A stretch of 64,000 nt of DNA, from positions 43,338,001-43,402,000 of the forward strand of contig OZ286466.1 of NCBI GenBank assembly GCA_965644265.1. The letters run 5' to 3'. Each line of letters starts with the position of its first letter. Position 1 is the stretch's first letter. This document shows, one piece after another, positions 26,421 to 40,070 of this stretch. The notes beneath the pieces were generated by a model. The model ran no database searches. It had not been told where the DNA came from and saw only the letters and a program-made list of their open reading frames with translations. The stretch comes from Glycera tridactyla. Taxonomy: Eukaryota. The position numbers and the translations under genes are program-made.

Positions 26421-29400
26421 AGTTTTTGTCTATGAAGACATATATGAAGACAAATAGAAAGTGAGCGATGTATCATCCCCGATATATAAGCAGACCAACA
26501 GCAGACATTTTTTTTTTGCAATGCAAAAGATGAATGGGAAAGAAAAGAGGAAAATGAATGAATTGTCTTTCACAATTTCAATCAATTGGGAAACTTAAAT
26601 TCGATGAGATAAATGCCTGCCTAGCTGATTTGGAAATGCTAGATTTATACTACAGTCTATCCACCTCAAACAAGTGGACAGACTATAGCATGTGTGAGAA
26701 TTCTTTTGGGGTGCGGGCATGGAGGAGAAGCTTGATGAATGTCTCATATTATGAGTTTTTCTACCAAATCCTGTTCCACAAAAATACATTGGGAGGTTTC
26801 CAAAGGACGTCCATCTTGCATAACAGCAAGGTGAGATACAACAATTTCAATGCCACCTGTGATGCCTGAGGAACACAGAGAAAATATAAATGAATATTGT
26901 GGACACTAGCCCATGGATTCTCTAGTAAGTGTGCCAAAGATCCAACAAAAATCCAGAAAATCAGAAGTTCCCGAACTTTCAGTGATGTAGAAGCTTTCCC
27001 AAAGGGCTTCTGGTACTTGAGTCAAGTGCATGAGGGAGAAGCCGAGGCTCCACCAGGCTTCTTCATCATCACAACCACTGGAGGAGGCAGGTCAAGATAA
27101 CTCGTAACCCATATGTATTCATAAGGGCTTACATCGTTACCATGACAACCACATATCCAGATGAATCTGGGATCATTCTCTTTCAGAGCGAGATAGGCAC
27201 CAATGATGCTCTGCTCATCTGTCCCGCCACTCTTTAACCCAGCGAGATGCTGCTGATCCCTTGGGGTCCATCTCATCATCCTCATCTTGAGGATGCTAAA
27301 CAGGACCTAGAAGGCAAGGCATACTCAGCTGGACGGAATCAGCATGTTTTAACAGTTTAGATGCAGTGAAACCAGCCCCTTGACAATCAGGAATGATCAG
27401 GGTTTTACAGCCTTTTTGGGTAATAAATCGGGATTCCTCTTCACATACATCAATCTGCAACTGATACCAACTCTCTCCAACTCACATACACTTCTTCCAT
27501 TCACGCTGCTACACCCACCAGAAGATTGAGACGATCCAATTTTCACTCAGCTTTTGCACCGATCATAGACCAAAATCTATGACAACGAATAATATGAATT
27601 CAATGTCTTCTGAATCCAATACCTACAAGCAAGTGTCCTATATCTTGAAAACTTTCCTGAATCACGAAAATCAAATCCCTATTTTGGGCTACCATTGAAA
27701 TCAAAGACTCAATTTATTTTAGCAAACATTGGTGAATTATCTCTTTCCCAGCTCCGCCAAAGGGTTTGTTCGACCGGTTGAGGCAGCTGCAAAGCTACTT
27801 CGAAGATAAGATGTTGGAGGACATTTAATTTTCAGCATGATGCTGAAAGGGTATGTTGATATCTCCACTCGTGAACGGGAATTCAGCCAGTTAAGACAGT
27901 CATCTGACTCCCGAGCTTACTGATTCGCTCTAAATTGCATGCAATACAGGCTGATTATCAGAGGGCGAAGGCGTGTCAACACAGAAATATAAAGTGACAT
28001 CTAGAGGCAGGTGTAAATGAGGCGTTAATCTTGGTTAATGCATAGAAGGTAATTTTCTGAGATGCATAGAAGGTGATTTTCTCCACCAAGCTTGCTGCGT
28101 TTATCGCTTTTCATACATGTGAATACTGTAATGCAAAAATCATTTCATTGCAAACTCCTGAAATGCAGCATTACAGGCTTTTATGTATGTAGGTCGTGAA
28201 AGATCGAAAGAAAAGCTCATGGCTTGCTTGGGATGAGGAGTTGATGTCACATATCAACCCAGTGGATTATATTCTCGTTCTAGAAGCTCTGTCTCCCGCA
28301 TGTATCACTTTCACAACCCCCAGAACACAAGATGATGGGGAACCAAAAAGGTTGGTAAGTGGAAATAATTGAAAGTGTGTATGATCTCTCATTATGATAT
28401 AGCCTCACCTCTCTGTAAAAGCCATAATTTCTTACATACAGCATGGTTGTAATAGTATAAGTAGACACTGCTGAAAATATAGGTTAAAATGGTTCCCAAG
28501 GTCTGAGACTGTAATCACATTTTACAAAGCATAATCTCAAACAATTTATGCTATCTGATCTTGGCCCTCCCCATCTTCTTGAGCCGAAAAGTATAAAAAT
28601 AACAGAAGAATCCTGTCTAATCCAACAAATAAACGCTATCTAGATATCTCTTTAGCTTCTGTTTGGAGTCGATCTCAGTCGAACCTGTTAGCCTTGCAAA
28701 TGGATCCGATTTCCGCCAAACCAAAGACGGCAATCATCTGAGCAAATAAAAGGCCGCTGAAAGGTAAAGAAATACACCTCCTCTCACACTGACAGCCACG
28801 TTTTTACACCGCCAGAATAAACTTTCACGTTAAAAATGCGCCAACGTAATGAAGAACGCATTCTAAACAGATGTCCAATACAGATGCATATATTGCATGC
28901 AGCTATGCCTCTCAGTTTTTCTCCGACTGCATTTTTCTTGATGCATTATCAAAATAATAATTGATTAGATTGAAATAATATTTCACAATGATATCACCAC
29001 AACCATGTTTACGCTAAAGTCTGCAATATATTTCCACAAACAATATGGACAGCCTCATGGTGTAGTATGATCCCATGAGCATACTGGGATCGAAATTTCC
29101 TTCATTTTGGCTCAGAAAGGGATGCAAGCTGATGTGCCCAGCGAGATTCATCACCCCTGATATTGGAGCAAGGACCAGGAGTGTGATATCTTGAAGATGC
29201 ACATGTGGTTCTACATGTAAATGCCGATCTTTGATCTGAAGAGGAATGTCCACAACAGAGGCCCACATGACATCATAACAAATATGCACATGTTAGGCTT
29301 CTTGAATGCATGGTTGTGCAGTCATTCTCACAGTTGACTTCCATGATTTAGCATGCTTTCTTATAATTGTTTGTTTCTGATGAAGAATGAGTTTATCGCA

Positions 29401-30778
29401 AATCTTGCATACAAATGTGGAATATGGCGATATCATGAGAAGTTGTGCATATTATAAAATGATGACTTTCAGGGCAAAGTTGGGGATGCATAATGGCGCT
29501 AACCATGTGTATTCTGGCAAGAGATAGTGGTATAGTCCGCTAATTCAAACAAACTTAGTCACCACTGAAAGCTGAAAAAGGCTGCTATCTCCCAATAGTG
29601 GACAGACTACAGTAAAATTGATTAATTGATTGATTTACTGAACATACTGAAGTTTCAATATTGTTTTGGTTGACAAGTACCAAAATCAACATAATATCGC
29701 AATACAAAAAAAATATGGTAGGGGTGCTGTGTGAAATCAGATGATTGATTCTCCAACTGATTAAAATAGTATGTAAGAGCTTCAAACTGACATGAGACAA
29801 AATGTTGCTTGTAACCAGTTGTGGATATTGAAGCTGCGAGTGACTCAGAAATTAAACGATAACGAGATGTAGTCCACATCATGCTGGCATTAAGTAGTGG
29901 TCTATGTGAAGCATTTGCCTGCGGTTGCCTTTAAGAGCTGGTAGCAGCGATCAGTTGATGAAAGCAGGGCATAAGCCGGTGGACGCATGTGGCCAGCCCA
30001 CGCAGCAATTGGCCAACTCTGACACCTTGGCTACAAAGGCCAAGTGCCTGCGTACCAGGCCAACCACTCTCAATCCAACTTGGCCGCTTGCCGGCCACCG
30101 TGTGGCCGATCCCTCGTGTGATTTGTGATTTATTACGGCCGAGGTTAGAGCGCTCGACAACGAGCCGGCTAACACGAACACGAAGCCGCGCTAATGACTG
30201 CTCCGCCGACACAAATAAGTGGCCGACACGAAAGCACCGCATCAAATCATGAAATATTTACCCGCGCGTGCTCGCTGCACCTTTCCACAAGCAAATTCAG
30301 TCGGCACACACACCATGAATCTTTGATAGCACACGTTTTGTTCTTCCGCGGTCGCCGCCGCTTGTTTCACACCAGTTTCATTACGAAGGTCGCAACATGG
30401 CCCCTGCAGTACGTTAATCAGTCTGTCACTTCGCCGTTAAAACGCCTCACTTTGCACACTCGTTCCCTACTGAAAGTGCATCCCTCACCAACTCAAATTA
30501 TCCAATCCTACTACAAAGATACACTATACCTACTAGGGCAGGGAAACTTGTCGATTTACATTGAGGAAACCAAGAACACCCACTTCATGTGGGAAAAATG
30601 TACGACGATAGTCATCAGTCTTTGACAATTTACAAACCCTCAGAGTGCTGAAAACATTTGGTTTGCCAAAGGAGGGGCAAAATCTGCACCAATTCCACCA
30701 AAAATCTTCAATGGGTATGTGGTTCCTCAGCAAGCACAAGGGCCATATTGCATCTCAAAATATTCAAGCTAGTAAATA

Positions 30779-30939
30779 CAGCCCAACCTGCTAGTGCCCC
30801 TTTTCAAAGGCCACCTGTCTACAAAAATCACCCTGAACAGTGACTGTAATGGTATAACATACAGTGAACAACCATTCGAAAAAGGCCACCTATGGTCAAA
30901 TGCTATGATAACGCTGGTGTTTGTAGACAGTTTTGACTG
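30779..30939. mobile_element. TA-flanked MITE, degenerate, in the opposite orientation to the 33021 copy
   Basis: TA-CAGCCCAACCTG...CAGTTTTGACTG-TA, with internal aaaggccacctgtctacaaa. Confidence 0.6.
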
Positions 30940-32998
30940 TACATCTCAGCATCACGCCACTTGTAAATGTTTCTGAAATATACGCAGAATACACAGAATC
31001 ATCCATGAATTATTCTGGATAATCTGGTGTAGAAGCCAAATGTTTTTATCACCTCCGTGCCAGTGAAAAAAAAGTGTCAAGTTCATCATGAAAAGCAAGC
31101 AAATTATTGATTGCTATTCAGTTTCCCAATTTTTTCCCATTACGGTACATCAATATTCTGGCAAAGTATTCTGCCACCTCCTAATTGGTGTTCATTTCAG
31201 GGGGCCTTTGATCTGGGTTAACCCTCCACGCATGATAATCTGTGAGATAGATAGTGCAACTCTTCCTATAGTTCAAGGGCAGATGTAAATACACACACAT
31301 TTCTGCATTTGCTATCAGACTCTGCTTAAGGTGAGATCACAATAAAAAGTATATTTCAGGGAAGCCCCACCATTGATGACCAAAATTATCAATAATGCCA
31401 ATTTTCAAGAGTAATGATGGAAGTATTTGCGATGATCCGATGAGAAGAATATAAATCTATTGGAATAATGTAACAAAATGCCAAACGTTTGGATCAAAAA
31501 GAGTGATCATGTTTTCAAAATCATCATGGTTTGCTTACCCCACCAAGGCTGGTCCTTTCTGTCAAAATTATATTTTGGACTTGATACCAAGTCTTCATAT
31601 CATGGCATAGACGTTGGCCATTATAAAATTAAACAAAAATGTTCACATAATTGCAACGGTATACAGAAATCTGACTAATAGATACAAATCAATTGTAAAG
31701 ACTAGACTGGTGGAGCAAACTTGGCAGTTACTTTTTTCTCGAGAGTGGAAATCGAGCGTCACAAGATGACGCAGGAGTTAAAACATCTTTTAATGGGATG
31801 AATTTAATGTATTGATATTTTTTCCTCGGCAATTAATAGCGCAAACACGATATTAGACAGGATTCGTGTGAGGCGTGTTAGTTCTTTATGGAAATAGATT
31901 ATTTTATAATTCACCCACTGATGGGGTTACCCTATCAAATTACAGGCAATTGCATCAATAACATTAACCAGTACTACTCAATTAAGACAAACTTTTCCCA
32001 TTTCAATTATCCAACATCAATTTCCGAGCTACAAGAAAGTATTATAATGAACTACTAAGTAATTAAAATACAACATTGTGAATGCACATTATTACTGCCA
32101 GTGATGTCAATGAGATGATGCAGATTTTTCAGAAATATGAATAACTTTCTGAAAGTATCTCAACACTCTCTCAAAGGTATCGGTTCTCACACTTCCAGCA
32201 AGATTTCACATAATTTCTCTACTCAAATTTTTTACCCAATTTTTGAAATTCCAAATATTTTCGGAAAATCAACACCACTGCACTGCTGAAGTCAAACATG
32301 TGTTTAGACACCACCAGTTGCAACAGCACCTCTCCAAAAAGACTCCTTTTATTGAAAGACCATTACCTGGGGTCAATCGGGACCAGCCTCTTTACTACCA
32401 GAAACTTCCTCATATAATATTGTACTATTTCCCCTCAGAAATGAGATAACCTCTCTTTATAGACCACCTTTCATACACAGGGCCCTAGCAGGTGTCACTA
32501 TCCAGATTGAAGCTTATAACTTACTTGCCTAATAATTTACTTGACTGAAGCATATATGCATTTGATTCTAGAATACTATTTATCTTTGTGAATCTTAAGA
32601 CACAACGTGATCAAATCCATTCATAAAATAATGACCAGACAACAAAGTTGAATATGGGAACATTTCAAAATATTGAGTATCATCCCACAGATGTACTGAA
32701 ATACCAGACCCCTAAGCATACTTGGCCCATCCAATTAAATATTGATTGAATATCAAATGCTGTAAAACAGTACATTCCCATACGAGCTACAATGAAATAC
32801 AATCACCTTGAAAATACTTGATAGTACAAAGGCACATTTTAGAATGGAGGAAAAAAGATGGAGCATATTTCAAACTTATCTGATCAGACGACAAGTGAGA
32901 CCACATCGGATTACATACCTGTAACAGAAGATCAGATACAATTTTGTTACTAAAAATCATACATTGTTCTCATTCAGATAACATCAGATAGTAACATA

Positions 32999-33336
32999 CA
33001 ACCAGGCCTGTCTACAAATACAGTCGAACCTGTCTATAAAGACCGCCTTCGGTCGCATCTAAAAGCGGTCTTCATGGGCAGGTGGTCTTTAAAGAGAGGT
33101 CATTTACTGTTGAAAATACTACCACGGTCGCAGCTCAGGTGGTCTTTATAGAGAGGTGGTCTTTATAGAGAGGTGGTCTCTAAAGCAGGTTTGACTGTAC
33201 CACCCTTGGTTGCATGAATAAGTGGTCTTTGTAGACAGCTGCCCTTTATTGTGGGAGTTTATCATAGAAAATACCATCACAGTCACACCTCAGGGTACTT
33301 TTGTAGGCAGGTGGTCTTTTTATAAGAGAGGCTGTA
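32999..33336. mobile_element. Older MITE copy split by insertion of a younger copy
   Basis: Joining 32999-33020 to 33200 onward gives cctgtctacaaataccacccttggttgcatgaataagtggtctttgtagacag. This aligns with the 5' part of the inserted copy (cctgtctataaagaccgccttcggtcgcatctaaaagcggtcttcatgggcag). Confidence 0.65.
33021..33197. mobile_element. MITE, pogo/Tc1-mariner type, 177 bp
   Basis: TIRs CAGTCGAACCTG / CAGGTTTGACTG (11/12 match, extending imperfectly), TA on both sides, no ORF, and an internal 17-bp tandem (aggtggtctttatagag). Confidence 0.85.
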
Positions 33337-34045
33337 CTCGATTAAGAATTGCAACTCTGAGATGCCACGATTCGAACTTAATTTCCCATTGATTACTGAC
33401 AGCTCAGAGCTTCTTTATACCTGGGAGTGAATATATTACAAAATAGTCCCAGCTTACAGCCTATTTACTTTAGTGCTTGAGTTCTGTCATGCAACATGAC
33501 ACTCCTTACATCAAAAACATTTTGGAGGAAATTGTTTGAGTCTGGCAATAAATTGTATTCACTGACAAAGGTCAGGTCCTATGATTTGAAGATGAGAGAA
33601 AATTACTAGATTATAGATATCACCCGTTTTATAGGTTACATCTCCGACTCACCAAACATGTATAACATAGAACATGGGAGACAAAATCAGACACACACAT
33701 AGACACAGACAACACATGGGATGCCATCCAACCACCAGCAAGTGCCCTTGGATCATCTAATTCATGAGGTCAGGGTCAAAGGAACAAGGTCAACATGTTG
33801 TATTCATCTCAAGGTCACCGTAGCACATCTGAGGTCATGGGAGATCTACAAATGGGAAAATTTGAGAATAACACAGCTGTAACTCTCTCCACACTTCACA
33901 TCATCCCCCCCCCCCCCCCCAATGAAAAAAAGAAGTGAGCCTCAAAGAAAATGTTCTAGCTCTGAATCATCACATAAACAAGAAGGTTCATGAGCCAGAA
34001 TAAATGGGAGTAGAAGCCAATCCTAAATTATGTTAAGTCAGTATA

Positions 34046-34175
34046 CAGTCAAACTATCGGTCGGTCGCAGCAAAGTGGCCTTTATAGGCAGGTAGCCTTT
34101 AAAAAGAGGTCGTTTACTACTGAAAATATTATCACGGTCACAGTTCAGGTGGCCTCTATAGAGCAGGTTGGACTT
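34046..34175. mobile_element. Internally deleted copy of the same MITE family
   Basis: TA-CAGTCAAAC...ggtcgcagcaaagtggcctttataggcagg...gaaaatattatcacggtcacagttcaggtggcctctatagagcaggttggact, colinear with 33021-33197. Confidence 0.6.
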
Positions 34176-37100
34176 ATCTGCTATTCGGTAATCTCTTAAT
34201 TTCTATTGCCTCATGGATTGAAATACCGATCTCTGATAACCAAAGAGAATGTCAACTATGACTATTTACATGTCCAATTCATATTCCTACAGGATAAGAG
34301 TGAAGGACAGTATAGATTTTGCAAGGAAATTCTGACATCTGTTTGACATAACTGCATTTTTATATGTATCCATTATCTATATGCGATGTTTTTCAGTGAA
34401 ACTATGTGAACTTTGCTCTCCATTTCAGCAGGGTAAAAATGACGACATTGATAAAACTTCAAGGAACTGACAACTGACTTGCCCGCACATGAGATCTCTC
34501 ACGGAATTCGGCAAAACACCAAGCAAAAGAGTGCAGAGGACAAATATTATGGAATGGGTCACATGCTCCGGTTGTTCAAGAATAACAACACTTTAACGAA
34601 ACTTCAGAGAATTGTAAATAAACACGGATTAGCTGAAGATGGTACTGATGCTAAATATTATTATTGAAATTACGCTGGTATCTCCCTTGACTCCACAATG
34701 TCGGACACATGAGGTGTGGTCTCCGATTCTGCTCGGGGTACTTGACGGCTAAAAAATCTCCCATGTGCTTCGAGTTTATTGAAACGAATATGGATCTTTT
34801 TTCAGGCGGCAATTCGGTGTATGGAAGGCATGCTTTATATTGTGATAAGTCTGGTGGTGATTTAGATAGCATTATACTGAATAAATAAATACGGAGAATC
34901 AATGCAAATATAATCCCAGTACAGCTAACCCTTACAACAGTGAACCTGCAGTGAGCCACCTGCTTGGGAACCCAAACCCAGTTGATGAAATCAAAGACCG
35001 TAAAGCTGTGAATGAGTAATTTATTTTACGTGGGATCCAGCACGTTGTGGTTTATCCTAGGAATTATATTTCTAACACAATGCCAAAGTTAATGATTGAA
35101 CCGAAACCAGGGGAACCACACATTGTACAGATTAGCATCAGAGATGCACTGAGATATTTAAATTTTGTGTTCAATTGGCCCTTTAGATCAACAAGTATCA
35201 GCCAACATTGAATATTAGACACAAATATGCTGGAAATGGTACAGTGATAGGATACTTGAAAGATAAGATTCAGAAAATGGGCCAAAGACACCGAACATCT
35301 GTCAATTGCCCCCCCCCCCCCATCACCTTAGCATCCTGTGTAAATTGCTGGAGTGGTCATTACTCCAAAATCATAGTGGTTGGCAGCTCTGGGTCATGAC
35401 TTTCATTACTGAAGGCAGGCATATTATTTGTCAAGCTCGTCAAAACGTCAAAATGTCAGAAAACACATGGGATACATACATATATACACGAGGACATGTT
35501 TTCCCTGAAGCAGTAAAAATATAGTCACAGAGGTGGCTTGCATATTCATGTTGTCCAGTGTAGAGTCCATGTTCCTAAGAGAGCTCGTCTCCATGGTGAC
35601 GAGCATCCCAGTTTGAATGGTACATCAACTCAGTGGCCTTGTACAAGTGTTAACAAGCAGGCTTTTACATTACAACTAATCAAGTGCCAACTGAATACTG
35701 TCACCGAATATCTTGTTTGCGCCTATGAAACCGAATCCTGAGGGCCAATTTCATGTTCAGGGCTCTCCGTTGGCCATAATACCAGGAGCCGGCTTGCTCC
35801 CAATTTGGAATTATTGGTAGCCAGTGCCAATTACAATCTCTCCACACTTCAGACAACTTACTGTCAATTGTTCTAAGATTGGCTATCAAAGTGATCCAAT
35901 GGGAGTTGACAACTATCAAGATGAATTGTGGAGAAAGTTGGCATGAAAGAGTTCGGAGGGAAAAAACGTACTGGTTGTGCACTCATCGTGTCCCAAATAT
36001 ATACTCCACAGGTGTGCAAGAAACGAGTAAACAATGCCCAGGAGACGATAAGGTGGGACATGCTCAGAGTTCCCGGCCATTTGTCATACAACGAGGAAAT
36101 GACAAGTGGGCGAATTAGCCCGACAAAAAAGGGAACTACGCCAGCTCAGACAAAACATAATTTCCTCGCTGCGCGCCAGTTCCTTCACAGGTTGTTGGAA
36201 AAACTCCCCTCTCCACCCCCGCACACCCACTTGTACATACATAACTTCTCTAAGCCTACATGACATTGCTACATAAGCAGGGAAATAAATCAACAAAATC
36301 CTACAATGAATGATGTGAAAGTTTCATTTTTTCCCTATCATCTAGGCTAAGGCCTTGCAAGGGAAGATATAACATGGATATATCAGTGATACTTCCAGAT
36401 TTTCAAGTTGAGGGGCCAATTGGTCTGTCTGTCAGATGAATAAGGGCCAAACTTCCACAGAAAAGGGTGAAAAGGGTGAATGAAGCGAGATGGAGTGCAG
36501 CTTCATCTGAAAGTATGGGATAATATTGGGCAAAACTGAGGAATGGTTTTGTATTAGTCGATGGGATTGTTCGCAAAAAAACGCTAGCATAGCATATAGT
36601 GCAATTTCTATCAACCAATCCGATTCTGGACATAGAGTTCAATGAATTTACCCAAAGGTCAAGAAACTGGTTGAAACTTGACCCTGATACCTTAAGCCTC
36701 ACAGGTGCAAGCTCCCTTGGGAGGGCCAGCCCCAGGCATCAACCTATGAGTACAGCTGTCGCACCATCGATACCAACATCTGATACAAAAATATGTTGAT
36801 ATTCAACTGAGCATCAGGATTGCAAGTTATGCTGAAACATTATGTTTGGAATTATACACCTGTTTTCAATACTTGGGATAATTCTTATATCCAGATGCTT
36901 GAACTACCCATCCAAACTTTCCAAATATGCAGCCGATAATACTACCTTCAATATCAAATTTTATGTAAGCTGAAGATATCGAGTTTGTGTGGCATTATTC
37001 AGGCTACTTGTGGATTCAACATTGAAAATTCCGAATGAATGCAATAGAAATGTGACCACAGAAGATGCAACATTGGCAGGAAATACAATCAACTGCCAGC

Positions 37101-38145
37101 ACAGGAGGGGTACGGAAGACACCTTGGGGAGTATGACATCGAACTGACATCGGAATTCAAACATCCCACTTTCATCTCCACATGCTCCAAAATTCCTGCG
37201 ATGCATTACGATCAGTGGGACTGCCAGATTGCAATTTGAAAGGCACTTGCAGCACTTCAAGATTAACTTCCCAGTGGTTTTCGCTAGCTTCAGTCACTGA
37301 TAACCATGCATGAGTGATAGAAATGCCAGACGAGAATGAACTTTTTGACAGTCGATCAGACCACTCCACCATCTGTACACACACCACATGCTGAAAAAAT
37401 ATCACTTAATGAAGCACTAGTAGTTCCATCAGAACATTATCAACATTTCTGAGGAGTCACTAATACAATTACTTCTTTCTACATCATACAATGATTGCAG
37501 TAGGATAGGATTTTTTCCCTATCATCAATGAAACTGGAATAAAGATGATAAAGGCCACAGTTACCGAAGTTTCCTATGTTCAAACCTATTACTTATTCCC
37601 GATTACTGCAACTATATCACTTTTGATGAGTGAATAAAACATAGAGCATCCAAATGTTATTCCCATTCTCTTGGTTATTCCATTAGCCCAAAATTTTGGA
37701 AGAAAATGACAATTTCATACCTAAGTTATTGCTTGGCAAATATGAGCCTGTTTTATCTTGGCCCAACTGTAACTTCGGTCAACTGAAATATAGTAGTGGA
37801 AATAATGTCCATGTATTTTTAGAATCAGGCCAGATATCGCACAGAAAAGGATGACCAAATGATTCTTGCCGAAGACAGATTCCTTCCAACACCCACCAGA
37901 GCAGCCATCCTGTTGGAAGAATCTCCCCAACTTGTCGAGAATGTTCATAAATATTTCTGCACTCCAGGGGGCTTCCATCTGATTCAGCTGGTACATCTTT
38001 TTCCACCACGACCTTTCACTTGCAAGATAAACCAAAAGATCATAATACCCGGCAGATTGAATGAACAAAAATTGACAAGAGAAATGCACTCCCCATAGAG
38101 ACCGCTTGATGTCAAAATAGCCTGCATATTTGGAATACATGCACC

Positions 38146-38147
<2 letters not shown>

Positions 38148-38204
<57 letters not shown>
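38148..38204. repeat. (TG)n microsatellite
   Basis: Directly visible. Confidence 0.95.
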
Positions 38205-38205
<1 letters not shown>

Positions 38206-38830
38206 ACGCGCACAAGGGGGGGGGGGACAGACTAGGCAGAAGCCATAGTTTCAAGATTTAACATCTGACAAAACCATCTTAAGTCACCAATATGTTGGAA
38301 TAAAACGAAAATTAAAACACCAAAATCATAGAATGATCAACCTATCAATGCTGGACTCGGACTTCGTCATTGCAGGAAGTGGTCAGGCTCTTTTCTTTTT
38401 GAAAACGAATTCTGTGGCGGAAATGTGCCTAAAAGCCAGTCATTTTGCTGTTGGACACAGAATACCTGAAGGGTTAGTTGCTAAAGGGGTTCACACCTTA
38501 CAAAATTATCTCAGCTCTCTGTCAGCTTCAGCCTGGATAAATACACCAATAAAACATCAGAGATAAACCTCAAGGTATTTACACTGTCCAGACCATCATC
38601 TACCCAGATCATTCACCACCCTTTTATGAAGCTATGCCGTTGCCCTGACAACTCGACCACCAACACTACACTGGCCACGGGACCTTATTGCTGACCTATC
38701 AACAAAAGACTGCATGCCTTATAACCAAGGTCCTGATTGCGCACTCTATGCATGGGATAAGCTACAGTCAGTCAAGTCTATGTTTTGAGCTATGGTAACA
38801 GCCCAGACTATTGAACAAGTATAGACATTA

Positions 38831-38985
38831 CAGTTGAACCTGTTCTAGACTGCCAATATACGAAGGTCACTTGCCAACAATGGCAGCCCTGAGCAAGTAT
38901 TTGCCACACTAAACAACCACTCAACAAAGTTCACCTGCCTACAAAGACCTTTTTATGAAACCATGGGTGGTCTTTTTAAAAAGGT
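38831..38985. mobile_element. Degenerate TA-flanked MITE
   Basis: TA-CAGTTGAACCTG 5' end with family motifs cacctgcctacaaagacc and ggtggtcttt; the 3' TIR is decayed. Confidence 0.5.
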
Positions 38986-39919
38986 ACTATCTCACTATTG
39001 TTGATATAAACAAGTGCTCCTGCCAGGAAAAGCCAATATCATTCTGTTATTCTGCTGATGCCAAAAATGTCTTAGCTCCCAGTTTGAACAAAGCTTGAAA
39101 TAACAAATGGGTTTGGGCAATTCCAACTGAGTAATACTACTCAATAGTCGAATGACTACTTTTCTGGCTTGATCAATAAGCCTGGGAACCAGTGATTGGA
39201 TTCACGCAACTGTGATTTTGCCAATAATCGCCCTATCAAGTGATTTCCAACCCTGCCTAATGGTGCAGGGATCAATACAGGGGGCAAACATGGTTACTGA
39301 TAGTCACAGGGCAAATAAACCCTGACTACAATCATGACAGTCATGAGGTTATGAACAGTCAAATACAGTGGCTAATGTGGATATACAGGGGCTGACACAC
39401 ATCATGTTCTTGGCAGGTCAAAATCTCAATCTGTCAATAGAAATTTCATCGAAGCAAATTCACAGACTACACCAATTGCCCAGAGGCAAAACAGACCATC
39501 TGGAAAGAAAGAATCACAAGGTAACGGTCTTCTTTTCAACAAGGGACATTCAGGAATGAAATATTGAGTGTTGGTCAATTTCATAAATTTCCAACTTTGG
39601 TTTTGGACCTGAGAGGAGGGGCACATACGAATGATCCCACCCATGCTCAATGCACAAGCCAGTCTCAGTATAGCCCAGTTGATGCTTACCTGATGCAAAA
39701 CAAAGAAACAAGCAACCAACATCCATAAGTAGCATATCTGCTTCATTCTCTGACTTCGTTCAAAATCAGGCCTCAGTTACTATGGTTACATTGGGAAACC
39801 ATAGCAACCAGGAAACCACAGCTACCTACCAACTCCATTCACCTTGAAACAACCCCAGTCTAAACAGAATTCCAAGGAGATTGAGACCTTGGTGAAACGT
39901 GAAAATGAATGGACTCTAG

Positions 39920-40070
39920 AGTTCACCACTTCAAACATCTATGACCATATAGCCAGCAGTCCTTAGAGTACCATATGGTCACCCATTTACTATGGACACA
40001 CCTGCCAACCCTCCATTGCAGTACCGACATCATTGATCACCTTCAAGTACCAGTCAAGCCCCATTGACCA
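39920..40070 (+). mobile_element. Decayed 3' fragment of a CR1/L2-type LINE
   Basis: With frameshifts it reads HHFKHL...W.HLP/PSIAVPTSLITFK, matching the ORF2 terminal pattern seen at ~2545-2685 (HPFKY...WNLL...DVFK). Confidence 0.4.

Noticed and set aside
27200-27250. Annexin-like GTDE motif (GLKSGGTDEQSII)
   Set aside because: The following sequence does not fit the annexin repeat, and no further repeats were found.
26237-27828. Three-exon plus-strand gene (~26237-26309, ~26628-26829, 27752-27828)
   Set aside because: Each piece is open and splice-bounded, but the intron phases are mutually incompatible with the best acceptors.
37172-37405. TsaE-like motif (VVCVQMVEWSDRL) in a minus-strand ORF
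   Set aside because: A short resemblance only, with no P-loop or other family motifs.
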